A DNA stretch of 64,000 bases. It comes from the human T2T-CHM13v2.0 reference genome, Homo sapiens. This document shows, piece after piece, positions 58,815 to 64,000 of the stretch. The notes beneath the pieces are model-generated. The model ran no database searches. It worked only from the letters and a program-made list of their open reading frames with translations, and had not been told where the DNA came from. The stretch is from the NCBI RefSeq assembly GCF_009914755.1, contig NC_060931.1. One strand, 5' to 3'. Numbering within the stretch: the first letter of the stretch is position 1; each line of letters begins with the position of its first letter. Position numbers and translations under genes: made by a program.

Positions 58815-59282
58815 TGTCCATCTAGTATTGACTATTCCAGAATGTCATCTAAAAAGAATTGTACTATATATAGCCTTTTGAGTCTGGCTCCTATCACTTG
58901 GCATAATGCATATGAGATTCTTTTGTCTAGTTGAGTCTCAATAGACTGCTTCTTTCTTTTGCTGAGTAGTATTCCATCGTAGGGATGTACACCCTTTTTT
59001 ATCCATTCGCACGTTGAAGAACATTTGGATTGCTTCCATTTTTGAGCAAATTATGAATGAAGACTCTACAGACATTTGTGGATAGGCTTTTGTACAAATA
59101 TATTTCCATTTCACTTGGGCATATCTAGAAATGAGATTGCTGTGTCTTATGGTAAGTGAGTCTGGTTTACTTCCAAATATCTCCAGTGTGATCGTACTAT
59201 TTTGCATCATTACTAGCAACATATGAAGGTTCCAGATGCTTCACATCCTCACAGGCACTTGGTATTGTTAGAATTTTGTTAG

Positions 59283-59325
59283 TGATGGTGGTGGTGGAGG
59301 TGGTGGTGGTGGTGGTGGTGGTGGG
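59283..59325. repeat. (GGT)n microsatellite
   Basis: About 13 units seen directly. Confidence 0.9.
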
Positions 59326-60667
59326 TTTTAGCTATTCCAGTAAGTATATAGTGATATCTTATTATGGTTTTAATTTACATTTCCTCAATGAATAATGTGA
59401 TGAGTATATTTTCATATGCTTATTTGCATTCCTCCCCCTTTATTTTTAGAGACAGGGCCTTGCTCTATAACCCATGCCAGAGTGCAGTTGCACAATCCTG
59501 GTTCACTGTAATCTTGAGCTCCTAAGCTCAAGCAATCCTCCCGCCTCAGTCTCCCAAAGTGCTGGAAATACAGGCTTGAGTCACCACACCTGGCCCTTGC
59601 ACTCCATATGCCTTCTTTAGTAAAGTTTCCTCTCGAATCTTGTAACTGTTTTGTAATTGAGCTGTTTGTTTTCCTTTGTTGAGTTTCGGGAGTTCTTTAT
59701 GTATTCTAGATGCAAGACCTTTATCTGATATGTGTTTTACAAGCGTTTTTTGCCAATCTGTGGCTTGTCTTTTCATTCTTTTAATAGTGTCTTTTGAAAG
59801 CAAGAGTCTTTAATTCTGATAAAGTATAATTTATCTTTTTTTTTCCCTTTTAGGAATTGTGGTTTTAGTGCCATACCTAAGAAATTATTGCCTCACTTAA
59901 ATGACAAAATTATTCCGTGTTTTCTTCTAGAAGTTTTGTAGTTTGGTCTTTACATTTCGTTTTATAATCTATTTTTGTATATGGTATAAGGTATGAATTA
60001 TAATTCATTCTTTTGCATGTGGATATCCAACTGTTCTAGCATTTATTGGAAGTACTATAATTCATTATTGTCCTTGCATCTTTCTTCAAAATCAACTGGT
60101 CATATATGTCAGTCTATACCTGGACCTGCTATCCTGTTCCATTGATCTACAGGTCTATTCTTTTGCCAATACCACACTGTTTTGATTAGTGTGGACTTAT
60201 AAGGTGTTGAAATTAGGTAGGGCAAGTCCTCCTACTTGGTTCCTTTTAAAAAATGTTTTAACTATTCTATATTTATTTCCTTTTTCTATATCAATTTTAG
60301 AATCAGTGTGACAATTTCTACAAAAAACCCACTGGGATTTGATTGGCATTACATTGAATTTATAGATCAGCTTGGGAAGAATTAAAATCTTGACATACTG
60401 AGTCCTCCAATCCGTGAATATATCTCCATTTACTTAAAACTTATTTTATTTTACTGATCATTTTTGTGCAGTTATCAGCATGCAGATGTTGCAAATAATT
60501 TAGTAGATCTATACCTAAATAGTTCATGGTTTTGGTGCCATTATCAATGGTACTGGAATTTTAAGTTTTCATTTCAAATGTTCATTGCATATATATACAT
60601 ACATATAATATATATATTATATATATATATATAAAACAATTGATTTTTATACATTGACCTTATATAT

Positions 60668-60969
60668 TCTTTCTTTTTTATTTTTTTGACAGAGTCTTGC
60701 TCTGTTGCCCAGGCTGGAGTGCAGTGGCGCAATCTTGGCCCACTGCAACCTCCACCTCCTGGGTTCATTCAAGCGATTCTCCTGCTTCAGCCTCCTGAGT
60801 AGCTGGGATTACAGACGCGTGCCGCCACACCCAGATAATTTTTGCATTTTTAGTAGAGACGGGGTTTCACCATATTGGCCAGGCTGGTCTCGAACTCCTG
60901 ACCTCGTGATCCACCTTCCTCGGCCTCCCAAAGTGCTGGGATTATAGGCATGAGCCACCGTGCCCGGCC
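60668..60969 (-). mobile_element. AluSg-like
   Basis: Full dimer. Confidence 0.9.
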
Positions 60970-61326
60970 TGTATTCCATTATTTCTAAACTTACTTATTA
61001 ATTCTAGCACTGTCTTTGTATATTCTTTGGGATCTTCTGGGTAGACTCCCATGCCATCTGAGAGTAGGAATACATTTATTTCTAATCCACATGGCTTTTA
61101 TTTCTTTTTGTTGCTTTTTTTCCTTACTGGGCTGACCAGGACATCCAGGATAATGTCAAGTAGGAATGGCAGAACATCTACCCCAAAGCTACTCATAACT
61201 TTTAGCCAGAATAAATCACTTGTATTTCACAGGGAAAACTGGGAAGAAAGTAGATGAAAACCCACTGTCATACACAAACATTTTAGTAGACTACCAAAAT
61301 TCATGAATACACGCAGCAGAATTTTC

Positions 61327-61998
61327 TTTTTTTAAATTTTATTTTACTTTAAGTTCTGGGATACATGTGCAGAACGTGCAGGTTTGTTACATAGGTATAC
61401 ATGTGCCGTTGTGGCTTGCTGCACCCATCAACCCATCATCTAAGTTTTAAACCCCACATGCATTAGGTATTTGTCCTAATGCTCTCCCTCCCCTTGCCCC
61501 TTACTCCCGGACAGGCCCCGGTGTGTGATGTTCCCCTCCCTGTGTCCATGTGTTCTCATTGTTCAACTCCCACTTATGCAGTGTTTGGTTTTCTGTTCCT
61601 GTGTTAGTTTGCTGAGAATGATGGTTTCCAGCTTCATCCATGTCCCTCCAAAGGACAGGAACTCATTCTTTTTTCTGGCCGCATAGTATTCCATAGTGTA
61701 TATGTGCCACATTTTCTTTATCCAGTCTATCATTGATGGGCATTTGGGTTGGTTCCAAGTCTTTGCTATTATAAATAGTGCTACAGTAAACATGCTTGTG
61801 CATGTGTCTTTATAGTAGAATGATTTATAATCCTTTGGGTCTATACCCAGTAATGACCATATAGCTGGGTCAAATGGTATTTATGGTTGTAGATCCTTGA
61901 GGAATCACCACACTGACTTCCACAATGGTTGAACTAATTTACACTCCCACCAACAGCGTAAAAGCATTCCTATTTCTCCACAGCTTCGCCAGCATCTT
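61327..61998 (-). mobile_element. L1PA7/8-like 3' end (5'-truncated)
   Basis: Primate L1 3'UTR and ORF2 C-terminus (MFTVALFIIAKTWNQPKCPSMIDWIKKMWHIYTMEYY); TSD cagaattttct on both sides. Confidence 0.9.
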
Positions 61999-62013
61999 AT
62001 AACAGAATTTTCT

Positions 62014-64000
<1,987 letters not shown>

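Larger units (their letters stand above)
55595..61170 (-). mobile_element. Old L1 (L1MB/L1MC-like) 3' portion, interrupted by MER1A, the MST provirus and Alus
   Basis: 3'UTR start 'ttttattgaggtataatttacata'; ORF2-like translation at 59546-59803 (DTIKRMKRQATDWQKTLVKHISDKGLASRIHKEL). Confidence 0.8.

Overview
Primate (human-like) genomic DNA dominated by interspersed repeats. It holds about 35 Alu copies (J, S and Y types), about 15 ERV1-class solo LTRs (MER41A/B, LTR8/8A/8B, LTR10C, MER4-group, MER57, MER21, MER31, MER34/39-like), several MaLR LTRs and one two-LTR MST provirus. It also holds L1 3' fragments, L2/MIR relics, DNA-transposon fossils (MER82, MER5A, MER58A, MER1A, MADE1) and a long decayed ERV-internal-like tract at the right end. 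I can support no protein-coding exon, RNA gene or CpG island. Most listed ORFs are Alu/LTR/L1/microsatellite read-throughs, and the rest resemble no protein I recognise. I see no evidence of a novel protein-based system. The best observations are non-coding: (i) an RFX X-box + 3x MYB + ETS + C/EBP motif cluster near 34.1 kb; (ii) a repeat-free block near 11.2 kb with two adjacent inverted repeats and an octamer; (iii) a MER41B/MER41A pair with and without the 43-bp STAT module, where the MER41B site now has TTC-N4-GAA spacing; (iv) fossil repair and recombination scars, namely a ~100-bp patch copied from an L1 3 kb away into MST-int, an Alu fragment patched into an MSTB LTR, an Alu-Alu unequal-crossover duplication and Alu arm multimers. 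Repeat subfamily names come from recalled consensus sequences and need RepeatMasker/Dfam confirmation. The chromosomal locus could not be identified.
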